DNA of 49,200 nucleotides from contig JAJZRM010000001.1 in NCBI GenBank assembly GCA_021802685.1, positions 1-49,200 of the forward strand, given 5' to 3'. This DNA comes from Deltaproteobacteria bacterium (lineage in GTDB: Bacteria > Desulfobacterota > Deferrimicrobia > Deferrimicrobiales > Deferrimicrobiaceae). The position numbers and the translations under genes are program-made. Each line of letters starts with the position of its first letter. Within the stretch, counting starts at the first letter, position 1. Below the pieces are notes generated by a model. That model had not been told where the DNA came from. It ran no database searches and saw only the letters and a list, made by a program, of their open reading frames with translations. This document shows, one piece after another, positions 36,109-44,981 of the stretch.

Positions 36109-39100
36109 ATGAAGATCACCGACCTGTTCATACGCCGCCCCGTCCTGGCCCTGGTGGTCAACCTGCTCATCATCATCGCGGGCCTGCAGGCGATCCGGAC
36201 CCTCAACGTCCGCCAGTACCCCCGGAGCGAGAACGCGAAAGTGACCGTCACCACCGTCTATGTCGGCGCCAGCGCGAACCTTGTGCGGGGCTTCATCACC
36301 TCCCCGCTGGAGCGCGCCATCGCGGCCGCCGACGGCATCGAGTACATGGAATCGCAAAGCGCCCTCGGCCTCTCCACGATCAGCGTGCGCCTGCGGCTCA
36401 ACTACGACTCCACCAAGGCCCTGGCCGAGATCGGCTCCAAGGTGGACCAGGTGCGCAGCGATCTCCCCCCGGAGGCGGAGGTGCCGGTGATCAACATCGA
36501 GTCGGCCGACAGCCAGTTCGCCTCGGCGTACCTGAGCTTCAGCTCGGACCTCCTGCAGCAGAACGAGATCACCGACTACCTGGTGCGCGTCGTGCAGCCC
36601 CGCCTCTCCTCCATCCCCGGAGTGCAGCGGGCCGATATCCTCGGCGCGCGCACCTTCGCCATGCGCGTCTGGCTCAAACCCGAACGGATGGCGGCCCAGG
36701 ACATCAGCCCCGCCCAGGTGCGCCGCGCGCTCGCCTCCAACAATTTCCTGTCCGCGCTCGGCAGCAGCAAGGGGGCCTACATCCAGGTCAACCTCACTGC
36801 CGACACCAATCTCAGCACGGTCGACGAGTTCAAGCGACTCGTGGTTCGCCAACGGAACGGGACGATCGTGCGGCTGGGCGACATCGCCGACGTGGTGCTG
36901 GGGGCCGAGGACTACAATTCCGACGTCCGCTTTTCCGGACAGACCGCGGTGTTCATGGGGATCTGGCCGCTTCCGAACGCCAACTCCCTCGACGTCATCG
37001 GCCGGGTGCGGGCGGAGATGGGCTCCATCCAGCGCGACCTGCCGACCGGCCTCGCGGCCCGCGTGGCCTACGATGCCACCAACTACATCTCCAACGCCAT
37101 CCGGGAGGTGCTGAAGACCCTAGGCGACACGCTGCTGATCGTCATGGTCGTCATTTTCCTGTTCCTCGGTTCCTTCCGTTCGGTCCTGGTCCCGGTCGTG
37201 GCGATCCCGTTGTCCCTGATCGGCGGAGTTTTCCTGATGCAGGCGTTCGGGTTCACCGTGAACCTGCTCACCCTCCTGGCCATCGTCTTATCGGTCGGTC
37301 TTGTGGTCGACGACGCCATCGTGGTGGTGGAGAACGTGGAACGCCACATCCGCGAAGGGAAATCGCCCCTGGATGCGGCCCTGTTGGGCGCCCGGGAACT
37401 CGTCGGGCCGGTCGTCGCGATGACCGTCACCCTGGCGGCGGTCTATCTTCCCATCGGCCTGCAGGGGGGGTTGACCGGCGCGCTCTTCCGGGAGTTCGCC
37501 TTCACCCTGGCCGGGGCGGTCGGCATCTCCGGGATCGTCGCCCTGACCCTGTCTCCGGTCATGTCGGCCAGGCTGCTCAAACCCGGGGTCCAGGAGGGCC
37601 GCCTGGCGGGTCGCATCACCCGCGATTTCGAACGACTGAAAAACGCCTACGGCCGGCGCCTCGACGCCACCCTGGCGGCGCGCCCGGCGGTCTACATGGT
37701 CTGGATCGTGGTATCCCTCCTCGCCGTGCCGATGTTCATCATGTCCGCCAAGGAGCTGGCGCCGCTGGAGGACCAGGGAGTCATCTTCGGCATCGTCGAC
37801 GCGTCCGCCAATTCGACCCTCGACCAGAACACCCTGTTCGCCGCGGAAACCAACAAGGTGTTCCAGAGCGTGCCGGAAACGGACTTCACCTTCCAGATCA
37901 CGTTCCCCAACTCCGGTTTCAGCGGGATGGTCGTCAAGCCTTGGGACGAGCGCAAGCGCGACGTCTTCGAGATCCTGCCCGGCATCCAGCAACAGTTGCA
38001 GAAAGTGCCCGGCATCCGGATCTTCCCCGTGACTCCGCCGGCCCTCCCCGGCGGCGGCGATTTCCCGGTGGAGTTCGTCATGGCGTCGACGGCGGAAACC
38101 GAGCGGATCCTCGAATTCGCCAACCAGCTCCAGGGGAAGGCCATGCAGAGCAACATGTTCGCCTTCCCGCCGCTGATCGACGTCAAGATCGACCAGCCCC
38201 AGTCCGAATTCGTCATCGACCGGGACAAGGTGGCCTCCATGGGCCTCAACCTGGAACAGATCGGCGGGGACCTGGGGGCGCTGGTCGGAGGCGATTTCGT
38301 CAACCGCTTCGACATCTCCGGCCGCAGTTACAAGGTCATTCCGCAGATCCAGCGGATCGACCGGCTCAATCCCGGGCAGCTCAAGGATGTCTACGTCACC
38401 GGCCCGAACGGCGGGCTGGTCCCCTTGAGCACCGTCGCCACCCTGCGCGAATCGGTCGTGCCCCGCTCGCTCAACCGTTTCCAGCAGATGAACGCCGTCA
38501 AGATCAGCGGGGTGCCCGTTCGTCCGCTGGATGAGGTGCTGCGCTTCCTTGAGGACGAAGCGGCCAGGATCCTGCCCCAGGGATACGTCGTCGACTACAC
38601 CGGCGAATCGCGCCAGCTGCGCACGGAGGGAAACCGGTTCCTTCCCGCCTTCAGCCTGGCCATCATCCTGATCTTCCTGGTGCTGGCGGCCCAGTTCAAC
38701 AGCTTCCGCGACCCGTTCGTCATACTGGCGGGTTCGGTCCCGCTGGCCATGTTCGGTGCGCTTCTCTTCACGTTCCTGAAGATGCCCGATCCGAACGTTC
38801 CGTTCTGGACCCGCGGCTGGACCACCACCCTCAACATCTACTCGCAAGTCGGGCTGGTGACCCTGGTCGGGCTCGTGTCCAAGAACGGCATCCTCATCGT
38901 CGAATTCGCCAACAAGCTGCAGATCCAGGGCCGTTCCAAGCAGGAGGCCGTGCGCGAGGCGGCCATGATCCGCCTCCGCCCGATCCTCATGACCAGCGCC
39001 GCCACCATCGCCGGCCACTTTCCGCTGACCCTGGTCACGGGCGCCGGCGCGGCGGCGCGGAACTCCATCGGCCTGGTGCTGGTCGGCGGCATGTTCATCG

Positions 39101-39207
39101 GCACGCTGTTCACCCTGCTCGTCGTCCCCTCCATCTACATGCTCATCGCGCGCGACCATGAGAAGGACCGGGAACGGGATGCGGGAACCGAGGCGGAGGC
39201 CGCCTGA
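36109..39207 (+). CDS. RND (HAE1-type) efflux transporter permease, 1032 aa
   Basis: MKITDLFIRRPVLALVVNLLIIIAGL.., with the 12-TM, two-periplasmic-loop architecture and ...LSVGLVVDDAIVVVENVERH.... Confidence 0.95.
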   Translation: MKITDLFIRRPVLALVVNLLIIIAGLQAIRTLNVRQYPRSENAKVTVTTVYVGASANLVRGFITSPLERAIAAADGIEYMESQSALGLSTISVRLRLNYDSTKALAEIGSKVDQVRSDLPPEAEVPVINIESADSQFASAYLSFSSDLLQQNEITDYLVRVVQPRLSSIPGVQRADILGARTFAMRVWLKPERMAAQDISPAQVRRALASNNFLSALGSSKGAYIQVNLTADTNLSTVDEFKRLVVRQRNGTIVRLGDIADVVLGAEDYNSDVRFSGQTAVFMGIWPLPNANSLDVIGRVRAEMGSIQRDLPTGLAARVAYDATNYISNAIREVLKTLGDTLLIVMVVIFLFLGSFRSVLVPVVAIPLSLIGGVFLMQAFGFTVNLLTLLAIVLSVGLVVDDAIVVVENVERHIREGKSPLDAALLGARELVGPVVAMTVTLAAVYLPIGLQGGLTGALFREFAFTLAGAVGISGIVALTLSPVMSARLLKPGVQEGRLAGRITRDFERLKNAYGRRLDATLAARPAVYMVWIVVSLLAVPMFIMSAKELAPLEDQGVIFGIVDASANSTLDQNTLFAAETNKVFQSVPETDFTFQITFPNSGFSGMVVKPWDERKRDVFEILPGIQQQLQKVPGIRIFPVTPPALPGGGDFPVEFVMASTAETERILEFANQLQGKAMQSNMFAFPPLIDVKIDQPQSEFVIDRDKVASMGLNLEQIGGDLGALVGGDFVNRFDISGRSYKVIPQIQRIDRLNPGQLKDVYVTGPNGGLVPLSTVATLRESVVPRSLNRFQQMNAVKISGVPVRPLDEVLRFLEDEAARILPQGYVVDYTGESRQLRTEGNRFLPAFSLAIILIFLVLAAQFNSFRDPFVILAGSVPLAMFGALLFTFLKMPDPNVPFWTRGWTTTLNIYSQVGLVTLVGLVSKNGILIVEFANKLQIQGRSKQEAVREAAMIRLRPILMTSAATIAGHFPLTLVTGAGAAARNSIGLVLVGGMFIGTLFTLLVVPSIYMLIARDHEKDRERDAGTEAEAA

Positions 39208-39464
39208 ATTTCAACGCGAAGGAATCTTTGCGGGCGGGACCGGACGCAGGCGTCCGGCGACTCTGAAATCGTCCGGCACGGCCGAGAGGAAAAGAGCGAG
39301 ATGGCGCGGGCGCATGATCCCTCCCGTTTCCCGTACGATTGGGTGTCCGGAGGAGTTTCGCTTTCGGATGAGGAATTTCCTGCCGGAGGTTCGCCGGGCC
39401 CGTGTTAACATGACGCATGGGCGCTTCGGGGAGTGCAAAATTCTCGGGGAAAGGAGACGTACCG

Positions 39465-39677
39465 ATGGACAGCATCTACAAGATCATCGACGTCGTGGGA
39501 ACGAGCAGGAACTCCTGGGAAGAAGCGGCGAAAAACGCGGTGGAGACCGCCGGGAAATCCCTCGAAGACCTGAGGATCGCGGAAGTCGTCAAACTGGACA
39601 TGGTGATCGAGAAGGGCAAGGTCGTCGCCTACCGGTCCCGCGTGAACATCTCCTTCAAGTATCGCTCCGAGGGGTAA
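39465..39677 (+). CDS. Dodecin family (flavin-binding) protein, 70 aa
   Basis: MDSIYKIIDVVGTSRNSWEEAAKNAVETAGKSLEDLRIAEVVKLDMVIEKGKVVAYRSRVNISFKY. AAGGAG RBS 9 nt upstream. Confidence 0.85.
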   Translation: MDSIYKIIDVVGTSRNSWEEAAKNAVETAGKSLEDLRIAEVVKLDMVIEKGKVVAYRSRVNISFKYRSEG

Positions 39678-39729
39678 ACCGATTTCCCGGCGATAAAAAC
39701 TCCCGTTTTCTTCATTCGATCGGACACAG

Positions 39730-39764
39730 ACGCCTTCCCCGCCTTCTGGGGGGAGGCGTTTTTT
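39730..39764 (+). terminator. Rho-independent terminator after the dodecin gene
   Basis: GC-rich stem ACGCCTTCCCC / GGGGGGAGGCGT followed by TTTTTT. Confidence 0.8.
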
Positions 39765-39783
39765 GGGGGGTTGCGCTCGCCCC

Positions 39784-39812
39784 TTGACTTCTTTATTTAG
39801 AACGGTTATAAA
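39784..39812 (+). promoter_or_regulatory. Near-consensus sigma70 promoter TTGACT-N17-TATAAA for the Fur-family/rubrerythrin operon
   Basis: An AT-rich island in a high-GC context. The -10 hexamer ends 6 nt before ATG 39819. It overlaps a short dyad, TATTTA-N9-TAAATA. Confidence 0.6.
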
Positions 39813-39818
39813 TACTGC

Positions 39819-40325
39819 ATGTTTCGTTCAGAGAGCGTGCCCATGCGGAAGATGGAAGAGATGGAACAAGCGCTTCGCGCCGCCGGATGCAGGATCACCC
39901 GGCAGCGGAGCGCCGTCCTCTCCTATTTGGCCTCCATGGATGCCCATCCGAGCGCCCGGCAGGTCTACGCGGAGGTGAAACGGTCCGCTCCCGATATCAG
40001 CCTCGCGACGGTGTACAACACGCTGGGAAAACTGGTTCGCATGCGGATCCTCAATCTCATGGATTTCGAATCGCTGGACAACCGGTACGACAGGGACCCG
40101 GGCCCCCATATCAATCTCATCTGCACCGGCTGCGGAGGGATCCAGGACCTGGAACGGGGATTCCCGATCCCGCCGGAAGAGGTGAAGGCGCGGACCGGTT
40201 TCGACGTAAGGAACGTGCGGATGGAGTATTACGGCATGTGCGCCGAGTGCGAATCGGGACCTCGGCGCGGCGCAACGAACCTTCCAAAGGAAAGGAGAAA
40301 GAGATGGCGACGGAAAAGAACCTGA
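39819..40325 (+). CDS. Fur family transcriptional regulator (PerR-like by context)
   Basis: RITRQRSAVLSYL......SARQVYAEV.......SLATVYNTL..L. It has CxxC pairs (CTGCGG and CAEC). The start is ambiguous (39819, 39843 or 39852). The 3' end overlaps the rubrerythrin start by 22 nt. Confidence 0.84.
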   Translation: MFRSESVPMRKMEEMEQALRAAGCRITRQRSAVLSYLASMDAHPSARQVYAEVKRSAPDISLATVYNTLGKLVRMRILNLMDFESLDNRYDRDPGPHINLICTGCGGIQDLERGFPIPPEEVKARTGFDVRNVRMEYYGMCAECESGPRRGATNLPKERRKRWRRKRT

Positions 40326-40804
40326 AAGAGGCGTTTGCGGGGGAGAGCCAGGCGAACCGGATGTACCTGGCCTTCGCCCAGAAGGCGGAGTCGGACGGTT
40401 TCCCGCAGATCGCGAAGCTGTTCCGCGCCGCGGCCACGGCGGAAACGGTGCACGCCCACGCCCATTTCCACGTGATGGGGGGGACGAAGGACACGGCGGG
40501 GAACCTGCAGGCCGCCATCAACGGGGAGGGGTACGAATTCGAGAAGATGTATCCGGCGTTCCTGTCCGAGGCGGAAAGGGAAAAGAACGCGGCCGCCACG
40601 GTTTCCTTCCGGAACGCCATGGCCGTGGAGAAGATCCACCGCGACCTTTACTCGGAGGCGCTGGAAACCCTGAAAAAGGGAAAGGACCTTCCCGGGCAGG
40701 ACATATACGTCTGCGAGGTTTGCGGCAACACGGTGTACGGCAATCCGAAGGACAAATGCACGGTGTGCGGCGCCCAGTACACGAAGTTCACGAAGGTCCA
40801 GTAG
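40304..40804 (+). CDS. rbr: Rubrerythrin
   Basis: NLKEAFAGESQANRMYLAFA..., di-iron ExxH motifs, and the C-terminal rubredoxin-like CEVCG...CTVCG. AAAGGAG RBS 6 nt upstream. Confidence 0.92.
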   Translation: MATEKNLKEAFAGESQANRMYLAFAQKAESDGFPQIAKLFRAAATAETVHAHAHFHVMGGTKDTAGNLQAAINGEGYEFEKMYPAFLSEAEREKNAAATVSFRNAMAVEKIHRDLYSEALETLKKGKDLPGQDIYVCEVCGNTVYGNPKDKCTVCGAQYTKFTKVQ

Positions 40805-40827
40805 GAACTCCCGGGAGGAGACCCTCC

Positions 40828-41409
40828 ATGGATGGTTCCGATCCCTTCGATCTTTTCCGGAGATGGTACGACGAGGCCCACCTGGCGGGGCAGAAGTTTC
40901 CGAACGCCATGTCGCTGACGACGGCCGGCGCCGACGGATGTCCGTCATCGCGGATGGTGCTCCTCAGTTCCCACGACCGCCGGGGCTTCGTCTTCCACAC
41001 GAATTACGAAAGCAGGAAGGGGGATGAACTATCCGCGTTTCCCCGGGCGGCTCTGCTTTTCTGGTGGGAATCGCTGAACCGGCAGGTGCGGATCGAGGGG
41101 GCGGTCGAGCGGACGAGCCCCGGGGAATCGGACGCCTACTTCGCGGGTCGTCCCCGGGGGGCCCAGATCGGCGCATGGGCCTCCGATCAGAGCCGTCCTC
41201 TCCCGGACAGGAAGATGCTCGAAAGCCGGGTCCGGGAGGTCATCGCGCGATTTGGCGAAGGTCCGGTTCCCAGACCCCCGCATTGGGGGGGATACCGCGT
41301 CGCGCCGCGCTCCTTCGAGTTCTGGTCGGGCCGCGAAGACCGTCTCCACGAACGCACCCGTTTCGATGCGTCTCCCGGCGGCTGGACGCCGACGGCGCTA
41401 TACCCTTGA
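40828..41409 (+). CDS. pdxH: Pyridoxamine 5'-phosphate oxidase
   Basis: PFDLFRRWYDEA....FPNAMSLTTA..DG.PSSRMVLL...D.RGFVFHTNYESRKG.EL, then FWW..L.RQVRIEG, IGAWAS.QS, HWGGYRV.P...EFW. Confidence 0.92.
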   Translation: MDGSDPFDLFRRWYDEAHLAGQKFPNAMSLTTAGADGCPSSRMVLLSSHDRRGFVFHTNYESRKGDELSAFPRAALLFWWESLNRQVRIEGAVERTSPGESDAYFAGRPRGAQIGAWASDQSRPLPDRKMLESRVREVIARFGEGPVPRPPHWGGYRVAPRSFEFWSGREDRLHERTRFDASPGGWTPTALYP

Positions 41410-41418
41410 CCCGGCCGC

Positions 41419-42450
41419 CTATTTCTTCCAATAAGGCGATCGGACCTGCTCATACGCCTCGTGCGCGGCGACCGCCGCCTGACCGACGGCCGTAATGATC
41501 ATCTTGAGCGGAGACGAGACGTCGCCGATCGCAAGGATCCGGGGGACGCTGGTCCTCTGCCACTCGTCCGTCGCGATCCGCCCTTCAGGATCCAGCCCCA
41601 GCCCGACGTTCCCGAACAGCGCCGTGTTCGGCACCCTTCCCGCCGCGACGATCACCGCGTCGGCGGGAAGGTCGCGGGTGCCCGCCTCCGTCCCCTGCCT
41701 CAACCGAACCCCTTCCACCCGCGCGGCGCCGAGGATCTCCTCCACGGCCGTGCCGAGGAGAACTTCCAGGTTCCCCGACTGCAGCGCCTCCGCGGACAAC
41801 CCCTCGACGCTGCGAAGGTGCGGTTTCCGGTGAACGAAGGTGACCCGTACCGCGGCGCCGAGAAGCCTGTGGACATGGGATATCGCCGTATCGCCTCCCC
41901 CGACGACAACGACCCGCATCCCGCGGAAACGGGAAGGGTCATGGACCCTGTAATGGACGCCCCGTCCGGCGAACTCCTTTTCGCCGGGGATGCCCGCCTC
42001 GCCGGCATTGCTCCCGCAGGCAAGGATCAACACCTTCCCGGCCGTTTCGAGATCCTTGGCCCGGACGGTTCCGTCGGGGGCGATCTCCTCCACTCCCAGG
42101 TCGATCAGGTCCGCTCCGGCCCCGTGCGCCTGCTCCACCAACAGGGCGGCAAGTTCTTCGGCCAGGATCCCTTTCGGGACGCCCGGATAGTTGTCGATCC
42201 GCTTGTCCGGACAATGCCGGGTGAGGATCCCCCCCCAGCATTTCCCTTCGAAGACAGCCGTCCTCAAGAATTTCTTCCCGCAGAATGCCGCCGCGGAGAG
42301 TCCCGCGGGCCCTCCGCCGACGATCACCACGTCGTAATCTTTCGGCCGGGGCTCGAGGGAGATGGCTTCCCCCCGCGGGCCGCACTCCGTCCTCTCCGCC
42401 TTCCGTGCATCGAACCGGTCCGCGACGGACCGAAGCGCATTCCCCCTCAT
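41419..42450 (-). CDS. TrxR-fold flavoprotein lacking the redox CxxC (ferredoxin-NADP+ reductase, YumC-like type)
   Basis: DVVIVGGGPAGLSAA and VVVVGGGDTA. RVHD occupies the position of the TrxR CATC motif (GRGVHYRVHDPSRFRG). ATG 42450 has GAGG upstream. The track start is GTG 42462. Confidence 0.82.
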   Translation of the reverse strand: MRGNALRSVADRFDARKAERTECGPRGEAISLEPRPKDYDVVIVGGGPAGLSAAAFCGKKFLRTAVFEGKCWGGILTRHCPDKRIDNYPGVPKGILAEELAALLVEQAHGAGADLIDLGVEEIAPDGTVRAKDLETAGKVLILACGSNAGEAGIPGEKEFAGRGVHYRVHDPSRFRGMRVVVVGGGDTAISHVHRLLGAAVRVTFVHRKPHLRSVEGLSAEALQSGNLEVLLGTAVEEILGAARVEGVRLRQGTEAGTRDLPADAVIVAAGRVPNTALFGNVGLGLDPEGRIATDEWQRTSVPRILAIGDVSSPLKMIITAVGQAAVAAHEAYEQVRSPYWKK

Positions 42451-42507
42451 CGGATACCTCACGACTTTCAGTATACTGGACTATATCCGGCATATCGGCC
42501 GGGCGAG

Positions 42508-43194
42508 GTGATCTTGGGTGTATTGACCCGGCCGGAAGCGGTCATCTTCGATTTCGACGGCGTGATGGCCGACACGGAGCCGCTGCATTGCGATGCGTTC
42601 CGGAAGGTGCTCGAACCGCTGGGGATCGGCTTCACATGGCGGGAATATGTCGATCGCTACATGGGGTTCGACGACCGGGACGCCTTCCGGAACGCCTTCC
42701 GCCTGCATGGGCGGACCCTCGGCGGCCGTCGGCTTTCGCGGTTGGTCGATGCCAAATCCCTGGTGTTCCGGGAGCTCATCCGGGATGGGGTGGCCGCCTG
42801 TTCCGGCGCCCTCCCGATGATCGAGTCGCTGTACGCCGACGGCGTCCCCATGGCCGTCTGCAGCGGGGCGCTGCGGGCCGACATCGATCCGATCCTTTCG
42901 CGGTTCGGCATCGCGCGGTGTTTTCTCCACATCGTCGCCGCCGACGATGTCCGGAAAGGCAAGCCCGATCCGGAAGGGTACATCCTCGCCTTCCGGAAGC
43001 TGTCCCGCTCGCGCCCCTCGGCGGTTTCCGAGCCGCGGAAGTGCCTCGCCGTCGAGGACACCCCCGCCGGCGTGGAGGCCGCGAAACGGGCGGGGCTTTC
43101 CGTGCTGGCGGTCACGAACGGCCATGCGGCGGAGGAGCTTTCCGGGGCCGATGCCGTTACCGACTCCCTCGCGAACGTCCATCTGAGCCGGTAA
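42508..43194 (+). CDS. HAD-IA family hydrolase (beta-phosphoglucomutase/phosphatase-like)
   Basis: AVIFDFDGVMADTEPLH (DxDG motif I), CSGA (motif II), KGKPDPEGY and VEDTPAGVEAAKRAG (motifs III/IV). The start is GTG 42508, or TTG 42514 or 42523. Confidence 0.85.
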   Translation: MILGVLTRPEAVIFDFDGVMADTEPLHCDAFRKVLEPLGIGFTWREYVDRYMGFDDRDAFRNAFRLHGRTLGGRRLSRLVDAKSLVFRELIRDGVAACSGALPMIESLYADGVPMAVCSGALRADIDPILSRFGIARCFLHIVAADDVRKGKPDPEGYILAFRKLSRSRPSAVSEPRKCLAVEDTPAGVEAAKRAGLSVLAVTNGHAAEELSGADAVTDSLANVHLSR

Positions 43195-43254
43195 CATGAC
43201 ATGAAAAAACATTTACCATAGTAGGGGACGGACAACGGACGAAAGGAGGGGATT

Positions 43255-43668
43255 ATGGCCGACGTGGTTCGGAAGGTCGAGTACTTCAAGGTGATGGTCC
43301 CGAACAAGGCGGGCTCTGGAGGAAAGTATCTCGCCGCATTGAAGGAGGGGCGCGTGAACCTCCTGGCTTTTACCGGATTCCCGCGGGCGGGCCGCGCCCA
43401 GCTGGATTTCATCCCCCAGAACGGGGCGGCGTTCCGGAAGGCGCTCCGGAAGGCGGGACTTTCCCTCGGGAAGGGGAGAGTCGTCTTCCTCATCCAGGGA
43501 TCGGACCGTCCCGGCGCCTTGGAGGCGATCGCCGCCAAGGTGGGCGAGACCGGGGTCAACATCACCGCGTTGAATGCCGTCGCCGCCGGTGGCCGGCGGT
43601 TCGGAGCCCTTCTCTGGGTCAAACCCGGGGATGTGTCGAAGACGGCAAAGGCTCTCGGGGCGCGTTGA
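43255..43668 (+). CDS. Hypothetical protein with tandem ACT-like halves
   Basis: 137 aa. The halves are YFKVMVPNKAGSGGKYLAAL.. and VFLIQGSDRPGALEAIAAKVGETGVNITAL, which resemble ACT ligand-binding folds. GAAAGGAGGGG RBS upstream. The family call is weak. Confidence 0.5.
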   Translation: MADVVRKVEYFKVMVPNKAGSGGKYLAALKEGRVNLLAFTGFPRAGRAQLDFIPQNGAAFRKALRKAGLSLGKGRVVFLIQGSDRPGALEAIAAKVGETGVNITALNAVAAGGRRFGALLWVKPGDVSKTAKALGAR

Positions 43669-43689
43669 ACGGTCCCTCTCTGTCCGGGG

Positions 43690-44250
43690 CTACCCGCCGG
43701 GGGTGGAAAAGAGGAACCACCGGAGGGAGCCCCGCTCGGAGGGAGTGAGGCCGCGGTAGAAAGGCCACAAGAGCATCTGATCCTCGCGCTCGGCCGGGGA
43801 AAGGGAACGCCACTCCCAGATCTTCCCCCGGACCATTCTGCGCGCATTCGGCGGAAGGGAACGCATCCGGACGAAAAACTTCCGGATCACCTGCCGCTCC
43901 CGGGGATCGGCGTCCCGCAACAGTCCCCGGCGTTCCCTCAGATAAATTCTTTGCGCCTCGGGAAGGCGGCGCCATAGGCGGGTCCGCTCGAGGATCCGTT
44001 CCCGCTCCCCCGGGGGAAGTTCCTTCCATCGACGGTACCGGTCCCTGATCTCGCTTTGCTCTTCGGGGGACATCGATCGCCACCGCTCGAGCAGGTCCGC
44101 CGGCACCTCCGCCCCTTCGCGAGCGAACGTCCCGATGCCCGTTGTTTCCTGCTCTGAAAAGCCGGCCGGTTCCGCGGGGCCCGCCAGGCAGACGCAGATG
44201 AGGAGCATCGCGCCGACGCCGAAGAGGGCCTGGCTTGACGCCTTCATCAC
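43690..44250 (-). CDS. DUF3106-like secreted repeat protein
   Basis: Signal peptide or lipobox-like ..MLLICVCLAG. Repeated W/R-x-x-(L/M)-x-P-x-E/Q-R units: RWRSMSPEEQ, RWKELPPGER, LWRRLPEAQR, MRSLPPNAR, WRSLSPAER, YRGLTPSER. Its start overlaps the anti-sigma stop (GTGATG). Confidence 0.65.
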   Translation of the reverse strand: MMKASSQALFGVGAMLLICVCLAGPAEPAGFSEQETTGIGTFAREGAEVPADLLERWRSMSPEEQSEIRDRYRRWKELPPGERERILERTRLWRRLPEAQRIYLRERRGLLRDADPRERQVIRKFFVRMRSLPPNARRMVRGKIWEWRSLSPAEREDQMLLWPFYRGLTPSERGSLRWFLFSTPGG

Positions 44251-44942
44251 GCTCCACTCCTTCCGCCGGATGGGAACTTCCCGCTTCCGCCGTTCCCCCC
44301 GAACGCATCCAGCAGGTCGAGCGCCTCCGCGTCCTCTCCCGCTTCGAAGGATACCGGGCCGGACAGGACGTCCAGCAGGGCGATCATTTCCATCTCGTCC
44401 GGAGAGAGTGCGGGGGAGGAGGCACTCGGCGCCGCCACGGGCGGGGCCGATTCAGGAATGTCCCGCATCGCGGTCGGCGTCCCGGGAGAGAGAAGGGGTT
44501 CCATCGGCACCGGCGGAGCGCCTCCGGCGGGTTTCGGGTCCGGCCGTCCGGAAGGCGGTGTCTCGACGCGGGCAGTGGACGGCCCCGGCGCGGTCCGCAC
44601 GCGGACCGACTCCCGGGAAACCAGGAAGAACAGGCCGATCGCCGCCGCCGCGGCCAGGGCCACCGCCGCCGGCCGCCAAGGCCGGCGGGAGATCTTCTTC
44701 TTCGGAGGGATCGCTCCTTCCGCCTCGAGACGCGCGAACAGGGACTCGCGGAAGCCTTTCTCCGGTTCGGTATGGACCCGGCGGAGACCCTCTTCCAGCG
44801 AGCGCATCCGCGCCTCGATGGTTCGACACCCGGCGCAGGAGGCAAGGTGTTCCGCCGCCAAAGAGGATTCCTCGGGCGTCGCCTCGCCGTCCACGAATGC
44901 GCTGATCGTTTCCCTCAAGTCACGGCAATCCATCGGCCCCAT
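44247..44942 (-). CDS. Anti-sigma factor, zf-HC2 type, single TM
   Basis: N-terminal MDCRDLRETISAFVDGE...AEHLASCAGC (HxxxCxxC) and TM segment PAAVALAAAAAIGLFFLV. It follows the ECF sigma gene. Confidence 0.8.
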   Translation of the reverse strand: MGPMDCRDLRETISAFVDGEATPEESSLAAEHLASCAGCRTIEARMRSLEEGLRRVHTEPEKGFRESLFARLEAEGAIPPKKKISRRPWRPAAVALAAAAAIGLFFLVSRESVRVRTAPGPSTARVETPPSGRPDPKPAGGAPPVPMEPLLSPGTPTAMRDIPESAPPVAAPSASSPALSPDEMEMIALLDVLSGPVSFEAGEDAEALDLLDAFGGNGGSGKFPSGGRSGA

Positions 44943-44981
44943 CCCCCATATCCCTGTGAACCCGCAGTTCGGGATTATGTT

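Noticed and set aside
34899-39159. Long alternative-frame and antisense ORFs over the RND operon: 34899..38534 (+), 34909..36852 (-) and 37288..39159 (-).
   Set aside because: Their composition is low complexity and Arg/Gly/Pro-rich. The MFP and RND permease frames carry clear family motifs and TM periodicity.
39208-39464. FMN (RFN) riboswitch upstream of the flavin-binding dodecin gene.
   Set aside because: I could not find the conserved RFN core strings (for example GGGUGAAAUUCCC or ACCGGCGGU) by eye. The region is retained only as a low-interest place to run Rfam.
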